From an uncultured bacterium (GTDB lineage Bacteria > Edwardsbacteria > AC1 > EtOH8), in the NCBI GenBank assembly GCA_963780225.1, contig CAWAAX010000009.1, forward strand, positions 32,001 through 96,000: 64,000 bases of DNA, given 5' to 3'. Below, in pieces: positions 45,577 to 55,573 of this stretch (position 1 is the stretch's first letter; each line of letters begins with the position of its first letter). The position numbers and the translations under genes are program-made. The notes beneath the pieces were generated by a model that saw nothing but the letters and a program-made list of their open reading frames with translations, was not told the DNA's origin and did not search any database.

Positions 45577-47331
45577 CTATGCCAGGGGGATCTTGATCCA
45601 GAAGCGGCTGCCTTTTCCCAGAACGCTTTCGGCTCCGGCGCTTCCCCCGTGAAGCTCGGCGATGTGCTTGACTATGGCCAGCCCCAGGCCGGTGCCGCCC
45701 ATTTCCCGGGAGCGGGCCCGGTCCACCCGGTAGAACCTCTCGAACAGGCGGGGCAGGTTTTCCCGGCTGATGCCGGGGCCGTTGTCTGACACCGACAGGA
45801 TCAGTGCATTGTCCCGGATCTCGGCCGCCAGATCTATCCGGCTGTTCTGGGGCGCATACTTGACGGCATTGTCCAGCAGGTTGCCCAGGGCCGATGCCAT
45901 TTTATCAAGATCCATCTGGACCGGCTGCTGGCCGGTCTGGTCATCGGTTTGAACCAGATGGCCCTTTTCGGCGATCCGGGGCTGAAGATTGTCGACGGTC
46001 CTTTCCAGCAGGGGGCCGACGGCAGAGGGGACCTGGTTGAGTGTGTAATTCCCCGACTCGATGGCCGAGAGCTCCAGCAGGTCGTTCACCAATTTGCTCA
46101 TCCGCAGGGACTGGGCGTGGATCCGGCCCAGAAAATCCTCCAGCTGTCCCCGGTCATTAAGGGCGCCGTCCAGCAGGGCCTCGGAAAAACCATTGATGGC
46201 CGAGAGCGGGGTCTTGAGTTCGTGGGAAACGTTGGCCACGAAATCCTTGCGGATCCGCTCCAGCATCTTCAGCCGGGTGATGTCCGAAGACACCAGCACC
46301 CAGCCCCGGAGGCTTCCCTGGTCCACGATGGCGGCGATCCGGACGATGTAAAATTTCTTTTCCCACTCCAGCTCGATCCATTCCCGCTGTTCCTTTACCA
46401 GCTGTTCCATGATGGGGCTGCGGATGGCTTCCAAAAGCAGCCGGCCCGCTGCCTGGCCGGGGTCCAGCCCGAACATTTCGGCGGCGGCGGGGTTGACCAT
46501 CTTTATCACCTGGCGCTGGTCCAGGGTGATCACCCCTTCGCTCATGCCCTCCAGCACTGCGGCCAGGTTGCTCCTTTGTTCGGACAGGTCATTGACCGTT
46601 CCCTCCCAGGACTGGGCCAGCTGGTTAAGGGTCTGGGCCACCAGCGCCGTCTCCCGGCTGCCCTTGGTCAGGGGCGCCCGGGCCTTCAGGTCGCCGGAGG
46701 AAAGCCGGCGGGAAGTCTGCTCAATGTCCCTGATGGCCTCGATCTCGGGGTGCCAGGCCAGGCTGACCAAAAGCCAGAGCAGGGCCGCGCTTAAGACCAG
46801 TCCGAGGATCACACCGGCCAGCAGGTGTCTCTGGTAATTTATCAAGCCCTCCCAGGGCCAGGCTATCCGGCAATAACCCCATAGAGCGTTTTTTCGCATG
46901 ATTGGGACGGCAAAATAGATCATCTCCAATTTAAGGCTCCGGCTGTACCGTACCGTATGGCCCCGGCCTTTTTGTCTGGCCTGGGCGATCTCCGGCCGCC
47001 CCAGATGGTTGTCCATGGCCTTAAGACCGGCGGCATCCTCATCCGAATCCCCCAGCACCCGTCCCAGGCTGTCGATGATGGTCACTCTTTTGCCCAGAGC
47101 TACAGACTGGACCTGGGCCAGGGAGTCGATGTCGGCCCCCGGGTCAGCCGCCAGCTTTTGGGATATTTCGGAGCTGATCAGCAGGGCCTGTCCCTGCAGC
47201 CCGTCCAGGGCCAGGCTCAGCAGGTGCTGCCGGGTGTTGAAATAAAGGTAAAGGGAAAATCCGCTCAACACCACCAGGACCGAGACCAGGCCGGCCGAGG
47301 CCAGTTTTATTTTAAGGCTGGGGTGCTTCAT
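45577..47331 (-). CDS. phoR: Phosphate regulon sensor histidine kinase (HAMP-PAS-HisKA-HATPase)
   Basis: MDNHLGRPEI, DFVANVSHELKTPL, NLLDNAVKY, FERFYRVDRARSR, GGTGLGL. Confidence 0.88.
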   Translation of the reverse strand: MKHPSLKIKLASAGLVSVLVVLSGFSLYLYFNTRQHLLSLALDGLQGQALLISSEISQKLAADPGADIDSLAQVQSVALGKRVTIIDSLGRVLGDSDEDAAGLKAMDNHLGRPEIAQARQKGRGHTVRYSRSLKLEMIYFAVPIMRKNALWGYCRIAWPWEGLINYQRHLLAGVILGLVLSAALLWLLVSLAWHPEIEAIRDIEQTSRRLSSGDLKARAPLTKGSRETALVAQTLNQLAQSWEGTVNDLSEQRSNLAAVLEGMSEGVITLDQRQVIKMVNPAAAEMFGLDPGQAAGRLLLEAIRSPIMEQLVKEQREWIELEWEKKFYIVRIAAIVDQGSLRGWVLVSSDITRLKMLERIRKDFVANVSHELKTPLSAINGFSEALLDGALNDRGQLEDFLGRIHAQSLRMSKLVNDLLELSAIESGNYTLNQVPSAVGPLLERTVDNLQPRIAEKGHLVQTDDQTGQQPVQMDLDKMASALGNLLDNAVKYAPQNSRIDLAAEIRDNALILSVSDNGPGISRENLPRLFERFYRVDRARSREMGGTGLGLAIVKHIAELHGGSAGAESVLGKGSRFWIKIPLA

Positions 47332-48014
47332 TCTTCCTCTTTGATCTTGTAGCCGAAGGATTTGACTGTCAGGATGGCCGCATCCAGCAGGGGGATCTTT
47401 TTCCGCAGGTGCCGGATATGGACGTCCACCGTCCGGTTGCCGCCGTAGTAGTCCTGGCCCCAGACGGCATTAAGGATCTGTTCCCGGGAAAGCACCCGGC
47501 CGGGGCGCTTAAGCAGGTATTCCAGCAGGCCGAACTCCTTGGCGGTCAGTTCCACTGCCTTCTTGCTGACGCTGACCAGGTGGCGTTCTCCGTCCAGCGT
47601 TATCTTTCCGTAATTCAAAACCGCTTTGGCTTCCTCCGGCGGCTGGTTGCGGCGGAAGACGGCTCGGATCCGGGCCATCAGTTCCTTGGGGCTGAAAGGC
47701 TTGGTCAGGTAGTCGTCGGCCCCCATCTCCAGGCCCACTATCTTGTCGGTCTCCTCGGCTTTGGCGGTCAGCATGATGATGGGCAGCCTTTTGGTGGCCG
47801 GCTCGGAACGGAGGACCCGGCAAAGCTCCAGGCCGTCCATCCCGGGCAGCATCAGGTCCAGCACCAGCAGGTCCGGGGGCTGGCGGCGGATGCGCTCCAG
47901 GGCCCGTTGGCCGTCGGAGATGGCCTCGGACCTGAAGCCGTCCTTTTTCAGATAGTGCTCCACCAGGTCGGCGATGTCCCGCTCGTCCTCCACTATATAA
48001 ATAAGTTTTGCCAT
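47328..48014 (-). CDS. phoB: Phosphate regulon response regulator (OmpR/PhoB family)
   Basis: LDLMLPGMDG, GADDYLTKPFS, RTVDVHIRHLRKK; divergent from the pst cluster. Confidence 0.85.
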   Translation of the reverse strand: MAKLIYIVEDERDIADLVEHYLKKDGFRSEAISDGQRALERIRRQPPDLLVLDLMLPGMDGLELCRVLRSEPATKRLPIIMLTAKAEETDKIVGLEMGADDYLTKPFSPKELMARIRAVFRRNQPPEEAKAVLNYGKITLDGERHLVSVSKKAVELTAKEFGLLEYLLKRPGRVLSREQILNAVWGQDYYGGNRTVDVHIRHLRKKIPLLDAAILTVKSFGYKIKEEE

Positions 48015-48086
48015 AAGTACCCCCGGTTGAAAATTGCTTTAAAAACCATTATATCACAATGATAATAAAAAACAGGGCCAATGTAA

Positions 48087-48158
48087 AGTGAAAAAGAGGT
48101 GAAGCCAATGTTAAGGCAAAGTTAAGTTGCCGCCAAACCATTTCACATTAAATTAACA
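48087..48158. promoter_or_regulatory. Pho-box-like arrays on both strands
   Basis: Minus-strand TT(A/C)AC(A/C/T) hexamers at 48087, 48098, 48109 and 48120; plus-strand TTCACA 48142 and TTAACA 48153; 11-bp period. Confidence 0.7.
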
Positions 48159-48224
48159 TAAGCCACACGGGGAAGAAACGCGGCCGGGTTATATTTGGGA
48201 CGTAAACTTAAAGGAATAATAAGA

Positions 48225-48335
48225 ATGAAAAATGAAGCGTCATTTTTGGTACGGTATGGAGTTATCTTGGCAGGAGTATTTTTATATATTGCTATTGACC
48301 GGATTGCTCGTTTTAAAAGAAATTTGCGGACCTGA
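48225..48335 (+). CDS. Putative 36-aa single-TM small protein
   Basis: AAGGA RBS; MKNEASFLVRYGVILAGVFLYIAIDRIARFKRNLRT. Confidence 0.4.
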   Translation: MKNEASFLVRYGVILAGVFLYIAIDRIARFKRNLRT

Positions 48336-48391
48336 ACCAGTCAGGCAAAACCGGCTGCCAAGCCGAAGCCCGAAAACAGGAGGCAATTAAC

Positions 48392-49105
48392 ATGGGTAAA
48401 GCAGATCTTCACATTCACACCAACTATTCCGACGGTTCCGCCACCGTGATGCAGGTGCTGCGCCGGGCGGTGGAAATGGGGCTGGATACCATAGCCATAA
48501 CCGATCACAATGAGATCGCAGGGGCAGTAAAGGCCCGGGAACTGGCGGAGCGGTGGGGCCTGAAGATTGATGTGATATTAGGGGAAGAGATCACCACCTC
48601 GGACGGGCATGTGGTGGGACTTTTCCTCAAGGAAAGGATCCGGCCCCTGATGACCGCCCGGGCCACGGTGGACGAGATCCACCGCCAGGGCGGTTTGGCG
48701 GTGGCAGTGCACCCGTTCTCGCTCTGGCTCAAGCTTTTCAAATGCGGCGGGGTGGGGCGGCTGGCGGAGCGCCTTCAGTTCGACGCCATAGAGGTGGCCA
48801 ACGGAGCCTTAACCGAAACCTTCAGCAACCGGTACACCAAAACTTACAACAATAAGTTGGCAAAGCTGGCAGGAGTTGGCGGTTCAGATGCCCATACCAT
48901 AGAGGCTTTGGGGCAGGCTTATACGGTGTTTCCCGGCCGGGGGGCCGCCTGGCTGAGGGAAGCGATAACCCATAAAGCCACCAGAGATGTAATAACCGGC
49001 TCCCAGTTTAAAGCCCTGCTGGATTTCATAAGTGACCACTTAAAAGGCAAGCTAGCCCTGTATGGCGCCCAGGGCGGAGCCTTGGGGCAAACGGAACCTG
49101 TTTAA
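48392..49105 (+). CDS. PHP domain phosphoesterase
   Basis: DLHIHTNYSDG, AITDHN, GEEI, AVHP, GGSDAH. Confidence 0.9.
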   Translation: MGKADLHIHTNYSDGSATVMQVLRRAVEMGLDTIAITDHNEIAGAVKARELAERWGLKIDVILGEEITTSDGHVVGLFLKERIRPLMTARATVDEIHRQGGLAVAVHPFSLWLKLFKCGGVGRLAERLQFDAIEVANGALTETFSNRYTKTYNNKLAKLAGVGGSDAHTIEALGQAYTVFPGRGAAWLREAITHKATRDVITGSQFKALLDFISDHLKGKLALYGAQGGALGQTEPV

Positions 49106-49192
49106 GGTATATTTAACTTGCGGATAAAACAAAGGAAATAACATAAGCGTATAATTGTTCAGTAAAACAAACAACAAAAGAAAGGAACGTTA

Positions 49193-50524
49193 ATGGCACT
49201 CAACAAGGTTATTATTACGGGATTGGCGCTGCTGGCCGCCGCCAGCTTGGCCTCGGCCCAGACGGCCAGGAAGGCCAAGCCGGACACCACGGTCATTGAA
49301 TTGAAAAAACAGATGGAGCAACTGGCCTCGCAGGTATCCCTCCTGAATCAGGAGCTGAGCGCAGCCAAGGCCCAGATGAGCCAGAATGAAGGGGGAAGGA
49401 TCCAGGCGGTGGAAGAGACCGCTTCGTCAGCCCAGGACAAACTGGCCGGGATGGACGAGAGGATGCTGACCGCCGAAAGCTCCATAACGGGGCTGAGCAA
49501 GCTTAAGGTTTCGGGCTACCTCCAGACCAGGTTTGAATACTTCAAGAACATCAAGATCGACACCCTGCCCAACGCCGCGGACAAGGGCGCCGACTCCAGC
49601 TGGTTCTACGTCAGAAGGGGCCGGATCAAATTTGTCTACACGCCAAGCACTACTTCCCAGTACTGCATTTATCCGGATTTTTCCAAGAATACGGTCTCCC
49701 TGAAGGAGGCCTGGGTAGCCCTTTCCGAACCCTGGACCCCGATGGGCTTTAAGCTGACGGTGGGCCAGATGAACTGGCCGTTTGGAGTGGAGATCGAAAG
49801 GTCATCCTCGGTGCGGGAACTGCCGGAGCGCTCCACCGCCTCAGGTAAATTGTTCAAGGGCGAGCGCGACCGCGGCGTCAAGCTATCATTCACCCCGGTG
49901 CAGAAGGCTGGGTTGCTTTCCGCTTTGACGGTGGACCTGGGAGTTTACAACGGTTACGGCATAGACAACAGCACTTTCACCTGGAACGATCCCACCAAGC
50001 CCAAGGATTTCATCGCCCGGGCCAAGGCCGACCTGGGGGTGGTCAGCCTGACCGCTTCCTATTATGACGGCAATGAAAAATCCTCGGCCACCTCTGGCAA
50101 CTATTACAAGGGCCGGCTGGGCGGTTCGCTGGAAGCCTATTACCAGTTCCTGCCCTTCGGCGGAACGGCTTTGCTGGCCGAGGGCGTTCAAGGCATCCAG
50201 ACCGGGAAAAAGGTGCTGGGCGGATATGTGATGCTGGTCCAGAACATCGGGGACAAGTTCGGCCTGGCTTTCCGGGCCGACACCTACGATCCCAACACCT
50301 CTTCCGACACCACTCTCTTCGGCGGCACCGCGGATGACCTGAAGTTCGACCAGACCTCCAATCTCTCGCTGGGGATCAACTACTGGTGGGACGACGCGGT
50401 GCGCTTTACCCTGTCGGCCGACCGGACCCTGTACAACACCGATATGATGATAATGAACCAGCATCCCAAGTACAAGACCTACCAGACCGACAAGGTCACC
50501 GCCCAGATGCAGATCAAGTTCTAA
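49193..50524 (+). CDS. Phosphate-selective porin-like outer-membrane protein (OprO/P-like)
   Basis: Signal peptide and coiled coil, KVSGYLQTRF, FYVRRGRIK, RDRGV, terminal Phe; upstream of pstS. Confidence 0.75.
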   Translation: MALNKVIITGLALLAAASLASAQTARKAKPDTTVIELKKQMEQLASQVSLLNQELSAAKAQMSQNEGGRIQAVEETASSAQDKLAGMDERMLTAESSITGLSKLKVSGYLQTRFEYFKNIKIDTLPNAADKGADSSWFYVRRGRIKFVYTPSTTSQYCIYPDFSKNTVSLKEAWVALSEPWTPMGFKLTVGQMNWPFGVEIERSSSVRELPERSTASGKLFKGERDRGVKLSFTPVQKAGLLSALTVDLGVYNGYGIDNSTFTWNDPTKPKDFIARAKADLGVVSLTASYYDGNEKSSATSGNYYKGRLGGSLEAYYQFLPFGGTALLAEGVQGIQTGKKVLGGYVMLVQNIGDKFGLAFRADTYDPNTSSDTTLFGGTADDLKFDQTSNLSLGINYWWDDAVRFTLSADRTLYNTDMMIMNQHPKYKTYQTDKVTAQMQIKF

Positions 50525-50552
50525 GAATAAAAAACATTAAGGAGAAATTAAA

Positions 50553-51380
50553 ATGACCAAAAAAATAATCATCATCACGGTGGTGGCATTGATCGCTGTA
50601 ATGGGAGGGGTGTCGCTGGCCGGGAAGGCCATTACCCTGAAGGGTTCCGACACCATGCTGCTGCTGGGCCAGCGCTGGGCTGAAGTTTACATGCAGAAAA
50701 ATCCCGGCACGGTGATCCAGGTCACCGGAGGCGGTTCGGGCGTGGGCATCGCCGCCCTGATCAACGGAGCCACCAGCATCTGCCAGGCTTCCCGCAGCAT
50801 GAAGGATTCGGAAAAGCAGAAACTGCGCGACCGCTACTTCAGCCTGGGATACGAGATCCCGGTGGCCAAGGACGGGGTGACATTGTATCTTAACGAGAAG
50901 AATTCCATCACTGAGCTGACCCTGGACCAGATCAAGGATATCTACACCGGGTACACCACCAACTGGTCCCAGCTGGGCGGGCCGGACGCCAAGATCATCG
51001 TCTACGGCCGCGAGAACAGCTCCGGCACCTACGTATTCTTCCGGGAAGTTGCCCTGAAGAACGCCGACTACACCTCCAGCATGCAATCCCTGCCCGGTAC
51101 CGCGGCGGTGGTAAATGCGGTGTCCAAGGATATCCACGGGATAGGATACGGCGGAGCCGCCTATGTCAAGGGCGTAAAGGAATTGGCCATCAAGACCGCC
51201 AAGGGCAGCTTTAAGCCCACCACCGAAACCGTCAAGAGCGGGCAGTATCCCCTGTCCCGGAACCTTTACTGGTATCTGCAGGGCAAGCCTTCCGGCGAGA
51301 TCAAGAAAATGGTGGACTGGGTGCTTTCCCCCGAAGGGCAGGAGATAGTGAAAAAAGTCGGGTATTTTACCATAAAATAA
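50553..51380 (+). CDS. pstS: Phosphate ABC transporter substrate-binding protein (system 1)
   Basis: KGSDTM, GGGSGVG, ASR, RENSSGT, GIGY. Confidence 0.92.
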   Translation: MTKKIIIITVVALIAVMGGVSLAGKAITLKGSDTMLLLGQRWAEVYMQKNPGTVIQVTGGGSGVGIAALINGATSICQASRSMKDSEKQKLRDRYFSLGYEIPVAKDGVTLYLNEKNSITELTLDQIKDIYTGYTTNWSQLGGPDAKIIVYGRENSSGTYVFFREVALKNADYTSSMQSLPGTAAVVNAVSKDIHGIGYGGAAYVKGVKELAIKTAKGSFKPTTETVKSGQYPLSRNLYWYLQGKPSGEIKKMVDWVLSPEGQEIVKKVGYFTIK

Positions 51381-51467
51381 GCCGGTCAATGATATGAATG
51401 ACCAATCCAGGGGACTTTGGCTATTCCATTGTTCCCTGGATTTAGGCATTATCAAGGGGAAACATTT

Positions 51468-52394
51468 ATGAGCCTCCAGAAAAAAAGATTCAAATACCTC
51501 GGAGAGTCACTGATAGAGGGCAACATCAAGATCACCGCCATCCTGGCCATCATCGCGGTTTTCCTGATCTTCATCTTCATCCTGCGGGAGTCCCTGCCGA
51601 TATTCTTCAGCCGGGAGGTGATGCGGGAGATAACCTTCGGCAAATTCTTCAATGGGATAGAATGGCAGCCGGTGTCGGACAATCCCCGGTTCTCGCTTTG
51701 GCCGATAATCCTTGGCAGTTTAAAAGTAACGTTGATAGCCCTGGTTTTAGCGGTCCCGGCGGCTGTGGGGGCGGCCCTGTACAGTTCGGAGTTCGCCGGA
51801 CGCAGGCTGAAGGAGTTCATCAAGCCGACGGTGGAGTTGCTGGCCGGGATCCCCTCGGTGGTGCTGGGGTTCTTTGCCCTGATGATCATGGCCACCATTC
51901 TGAAAGACATCTTCGGCTGGACCTACCGCCTTAATGCCATCAATGCCGGCATCGCCCTGGGGTTCGCCATAATTCCGGCCATCTACTCCCTGGCCGAGGA
52001 CGCCCTTAACGCCGTACCCAAATCGTTCCGGGAGGCGGCCCTGGGACTGGGCGCTACTCCCTGGCAGACCGCGGTCAAAGTGGTGCTGCCGGCGGCCCTG
52101 CCCGGGGTCTCGGCGGCGGTGCTGTTCGGCATGGGCCGGGCGGTGGGAGAGACCATGGTGGTGCTGATGGCCGCCGGAAACGCCCCTTTGTTCTCCTTCA
52201 ATCCGATGGAATCCACCCGGACCATGACCGCCACCATAGCGGCCGAGCTGGGGGAGGTGGTCTTCGGCGGCGGTCATTATCACTCCCTTTTCTTCATCGG
52301 GCTGGTCTTGTTCCTGGTGACCTTCCTGATCAATCTGGTCTCCTGGGCATTGTTTGACGGATTGATGGCCAAATTGTATGGGGCCAGAAAGTAG
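51468..52394 (+). CDS. pstC: Phosphate ABC transporter permease PstC (system 1)
   Basis: ELLAGIPSVVLG, GRAVGETM. Confidence 0.92.
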   Translation: MSLQKKRFKYLGESLIEGNIKITAILAIIAVFLIFIFILRESLPIFFSREVMREITFGKFFNGIEWQPVSDNPRFSLWPIILGSLKVTLIALVLAVPAAVGAALYSSEFAGRRLKEFIKPTVELLAGIPSVVLGFFALMIMATILKDIFGWTYRLNAINAGIALGFAIIPAIYSLAEDALNAVPKSFREAALGLGATPWQTAVKVVLPAALPGVSAAVLFGMGRAVGETMVVLMAAGNAPLFSFNPMESTRTMTATIAAELGEVVFGGGHYHSLFFIGLVLFLVTFLINLVSWALFDGLMAKLYGARK

Positions 52395-52399
52395 CAGAT

Positions 52400-53314
52400 A
52401 TGACCAACAAAACAAGGTTAAGAAAGCTCGGGGACAATCTCAAGATCGGCCTGACCGGATCGGCGGTGCTGATGATCCTGGCCATTCTGGGGGTGATACT
52501 GGGAACGGTCATCATCGGCGGGTATAAAAGCATCAGCTGGGAGTTCTTAAGCCAGCCGCCGACCGAAGGCATGACCAAGGGAGGCATTTTCCCGGCCATC
52601 TTTGGAATGGTGTTCTCCCTGATGCTGATGCTGATAGCGGTGGTGCCGGTGGGAGTGGCCACCGCCGTTTACCTGCACGAATATGCCAGTCCCGGTTTCT
52701 TTTTAACCAAAATGATCCGCAGCGCGGTCAACAACCTGGCCGGGGTGCCGTCCATAGTCTTCGGCCTGTTCGGGCTGGGTTTCTTCATCCAGTTCATAGG
52801 CGGAGGACTGGACCGGACGCTGGGGCAGAGCGGCTTGTTCAGCCAGCCCTGCATCCTGTGGGCTTCGCTGACCCTGGCCCTGATGAACCTTCCGATCATC
52901 ATCGTGGCCACCGAGGAGGCCTTAAGGGCGGTGCCCCAGGCCGAAAGGGCCGGAGCCCTGGCTCTGGGGGCCACCAAATGGCAGACCATCCGGCATGTGG
53001 TGCTGCCCCAGGCAACTCCCGGCATACTGACCGGCGTGGTGCTGACCATCAGCCGGGGAGCGGGAGAGGTGGCTCCCATCATGTTCACCGGGGCGGCCTA
53101 TTACCTGCCTTACCTGCCAAAACTGCCCACCGATCAGTTCATGACCCTGGGTTACCACATCTTCGTGATGACCACCCAGTCTCCGGACATAGACGCCACC
53201 ATGCCGATCGCCATGGGGGCCACCCTGGTACTTTTAGCCCTGACTTTTTCACTGAACATCATCGCCATCGTCATCAGATCCCGCACCAGAAGACAGCTTA
53301 GCAAAGGAAGATAG
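52400..53314 (+). CDS. pstA: Phosphate ABC transporter permease PstA (system 1)
   Basis: [32 protein letters not shown]. Confidence 0.92.
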   Translation: MTNKTRLRKLGDNLKIGLTGSAVLMILAILGVILGTVIIGGYKSISWEFLSQPPTEGMTKGGIFPAIFGMVFSLMLMLIAVVPVGVATAVYLHEYASPGFFLTKMIRSAVNNLAGVPSIVFGLFGLGFFIQFIGGGLDRTLGQSGLFSQPCILWASLTLALMNLPIIIVATEEALRAVPQAERAGALALGATKWQTIRHVVLPQATPGILTGVVLTISRGAGEVAPIMFTGAAYYLPYLPKLPTDQFMTLGYHIFVMTTQSPDIDATMPIAMGATLVLLALTFSLNIIAIVIRSRTRRQLSKGR

Positions 53315-53315
53315 A

Positions 53316-54083
53316 ATGGAAACAAGGGAAAATCGCTTGGAAATAATTGATTTCAGCCTCTACTACCACCGCACCAAGGCCCTGGAGGAAATCTCCATGG
53401 ACATTCCCGAGAAAAAAGTGACCGCCATCATCGGGCCGTCGGGCTGCGGCAAGTCCACCCTGCTGCGGTCCATCAACCGGATGAACGAGCTGATAGAGGG
53501 AGTGACGACCGAGGGGGAGATATTGCTGGACGGGAAAAACATCTATCACCGGAACATCGACGTGGTGGAACTGCGGCGCAAGGTGGGGATGGTCTTTCAG
53601 CGGCCCAACCCCTTTCCCAAGTCCATCTACGAGAACGTGGCTTTTGGACTGAGAATGGGCGGAAGCGGCTATTCCCCGGGAAAACTGGAGGAAGTCGTGG
53701 AGCGGTCGTTAAAAGAGGCGGCCATCTGGGACGAGGTCAAGGACCGGCTGCAGCGATCGGCCATGGAGCTTTCGGGGGGACAGCAGCAGAGGGTATGCAT
53801 CGCCAGGGCTTTGGCGGTGGAGCCGGAGGTCATATTGATGGACGAGCCGGCCTCGGCTTTGGATCCCATAGCCACTGCCAAGATAGAGGAACTGATCTTC
53901 AAGCTCAAGGAAAAGTACACCATCGTCATCGTGACCCATAACATGCAACAGGCAGCCCGGGTCTCGGACCAGACGGCATTCTTAATGCTGGGCAAGCTGA
54001 TAGAGCACGGAGACACAGCCACCATCTTCACCAACCCTAAAAACAAGACCACCGAGGAATACATCACCGGAAGATTCGGCTGA
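53316..54083 (+). CDS. pstB: Phosphate ABC transporter ATPase (system 1, all motifs canonical)
   Basis: [43 protein letters not shown]. Confidence 0.95.
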   Translation: METRENRLEIIDFSLYYHRTKALEEISMDIPEKKVTAIIGPSGCGKSTLLRSINRMNELIEGVTTEGEILLDGKNIYHRNIDVVELRRKVGMVFQRPNPFPKSIYENVAFGLRMGGSGYSPGKLEEVVERSLKEAAIWDEVKDRLQRSAMELSGGQQQRVCIARALAVEPEVILMDEPASALDPIATAKIEELIFKLKEKYTIVIVTHNMQQAARVSDQTAFLMLGKLIEHGDTATIFTNPKNKTTEEYITGRFG

Positions 54084-54105
54084 TATCAAACAAAAAGGAG
54101 TACTG

Positions 54106-54561
54106 ATGAGAACATTAATGGTTCATTACACCCCGGACGAAGGCGGCGCTTCGATCGCCTCCCAAATTCAGCAAAAACTGTCATGCCGGTCAGAAGAAAT
54201 TACGGCCGCAAGAAAATTCACCCGTTTAAAAGAGCTATGGCATAAGGCAACGGGGACCAAACCGGAAATAATCCCTACTTTCAACAATCCCGGCAGTTAT
54301 GACCTGACGGTGATCTGTTTTTCAAAGCCGGGTAGAAGACTTCCGCTGCCGGTGTCGGCGTACATTCAAAAGCAGAGGGAGAGGTTCAAAAATACTTTTT
54401 ATCTGGCGATCTCAGAAATACTGGATGACAACAGCCAGGGGTTGGAGGAGTTTGTCCGGCTGACAGGATCAAGGCCTTTGGGAGCGGCGGAGATCAGCAA
54501 CCGGGATCCTATGTTGCAGCAGAAAATTGACGAACTGGCCGGGCAATTAAATGGTTATTAA
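54106..54561 (+). CDS. Degenerate flavodoxin-like protein
   Basis: TLMVHY...IASQIQQKLSC..EEI...NPGSYDLTVI...PVSAYI pattern; FMN-binding loop not conserved. Confidence 0.5.
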   Translation: MRTLMVHYTPDEGGASIASQIQQKLSCRSEEITAARKFTRLKELWHKATGTKPEIIPTFNNPGSYDLTVICFSKPGRRLPLPVSAYIQKQRERFKNTFYLAISEILDDNSQGLEEFVRLTGSRPLGAAEISNRDPMLQQKIDELAGQLNGY

Positions 54562-54601
54562 TGTTTTTTTTAGTAAAATTCTTTTAGGCGACAATAATCA
54601 T

Positions 54602-54629
54602 TTAACACGGATTTAACATTGAATTAACC
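54602..54629 (+). promoter_or_regulatory. Pho-box-like array upstream of the second pst operon
   Basis: TTAACA 54602, TTAACA 54613, TTAACC 54624 (11-bp period). Confidence 0.75.
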
Positions 54630-54698
54630 TGTGGTTCAAATGTGTTTTATATATTGGTAACAATCGTAAAACATATCATTTTAGGAGGCAGGAACCAC

Positions 54699-55490
54699 AT
54701 GAAGAAAAAAGCATTATATTTGCTGCTGGCAACGGCATGGGTATTCTCCGCCGGCTGCGGCAAGAACAAGCAAAGCATCACACTGGCCGGCTCCACCGCC
54801 TTCCAGCCGTTCGCCGAAAAACTGGCCGAGCAGTACATGACGGCCAATCCCGGTGCCTCAATCACCGTCCAGGGCGGGGGCTCGGCGGTGGGCATCCAGT
54901 CGGCCCTTTCCGGGGCGGCCCAGATAGGGATGGCCGACCTGGTGAACCTGCCCCCGGAAGCCAGGGAACTGAGCGCCACCATAGTGGCCCGGGACGGCAT
55001 TGCGGTGGTGATAAACCCGGCCAACAAAGTGAATGACCTTACCATTGACCAGCTCCGGGATATCTTCAACGGGAAGATCAAGAACTGGAAGGCGGTCGGA
55101 GGGGCAGACAAGGATATCACCGTGGTTTCGCGCGAAGCCGGCTCCGGCACCAGGACCTCGTTTGAAGAGATAGTGACCGGGATAGACCTAAGCGGGAACG
55201 CCCTGATCCAGGATTCCAACGGCACCATCCGGGAAACGGTGGCCAACGATGCCGGGGCCATCGGCTACCTTTCCCACGGGCTGCTGAACGAAAAGATCAA
55301 AGCAGTTCTTTTGGACGGCCAGGAATGCACCACCGAGAAGATCATGGCCCAGAAATACCTGCTGGTGCGCCCGATATTCCTTTTGACCAAGGCCCAGCCC
55401 GGTGCCGAGGTTCAAAGCTTGATAGATTACATCCTTTCTCCCGAGGGACAGCAGACCATCAAGCAGAACGGCCTGATCCCGGCCAAGTGA
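54699..55490 (+). CDS. pstS: Phosphate ABC transporter substrate-binding lipoprotein (system 2)
   Basis: Lipobox SAGC, AGSTAF, GGGSAVG, REAGSGTR; AGGAGG RBS. Confidence 0.88.
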   Translation: MKKKALYLLLATAWVFSAGCGKNKQSITLAGSTAFQPFAEKLAEQYMTANPGASITVQGGGSAVGIQSALSGAAQIGMADLVNLPPEARELSATIVARDGIAVVINPANKVNDLTIDQLRDIFNGKIKNWKAVGGADKDITVVSREAGSGTRTSFEEIVTGIDLSGNALIQDSNGTIRETVANDAGAIGYLSHGLLNEKIKAVLLDGQECTTEKIMAQKYLLVRPIFLLTKAQPGAEVQSLIDYILSPEGQQTIKQNGLIPAK

Positions 55491-55573
55491 AACTATTTAC
55501 GGTATTCAGTATCCAGTATTCTGTATTCAGCATTCAGTTATAGTATTGACAGCACTAAATCGCAAACGGAAAA

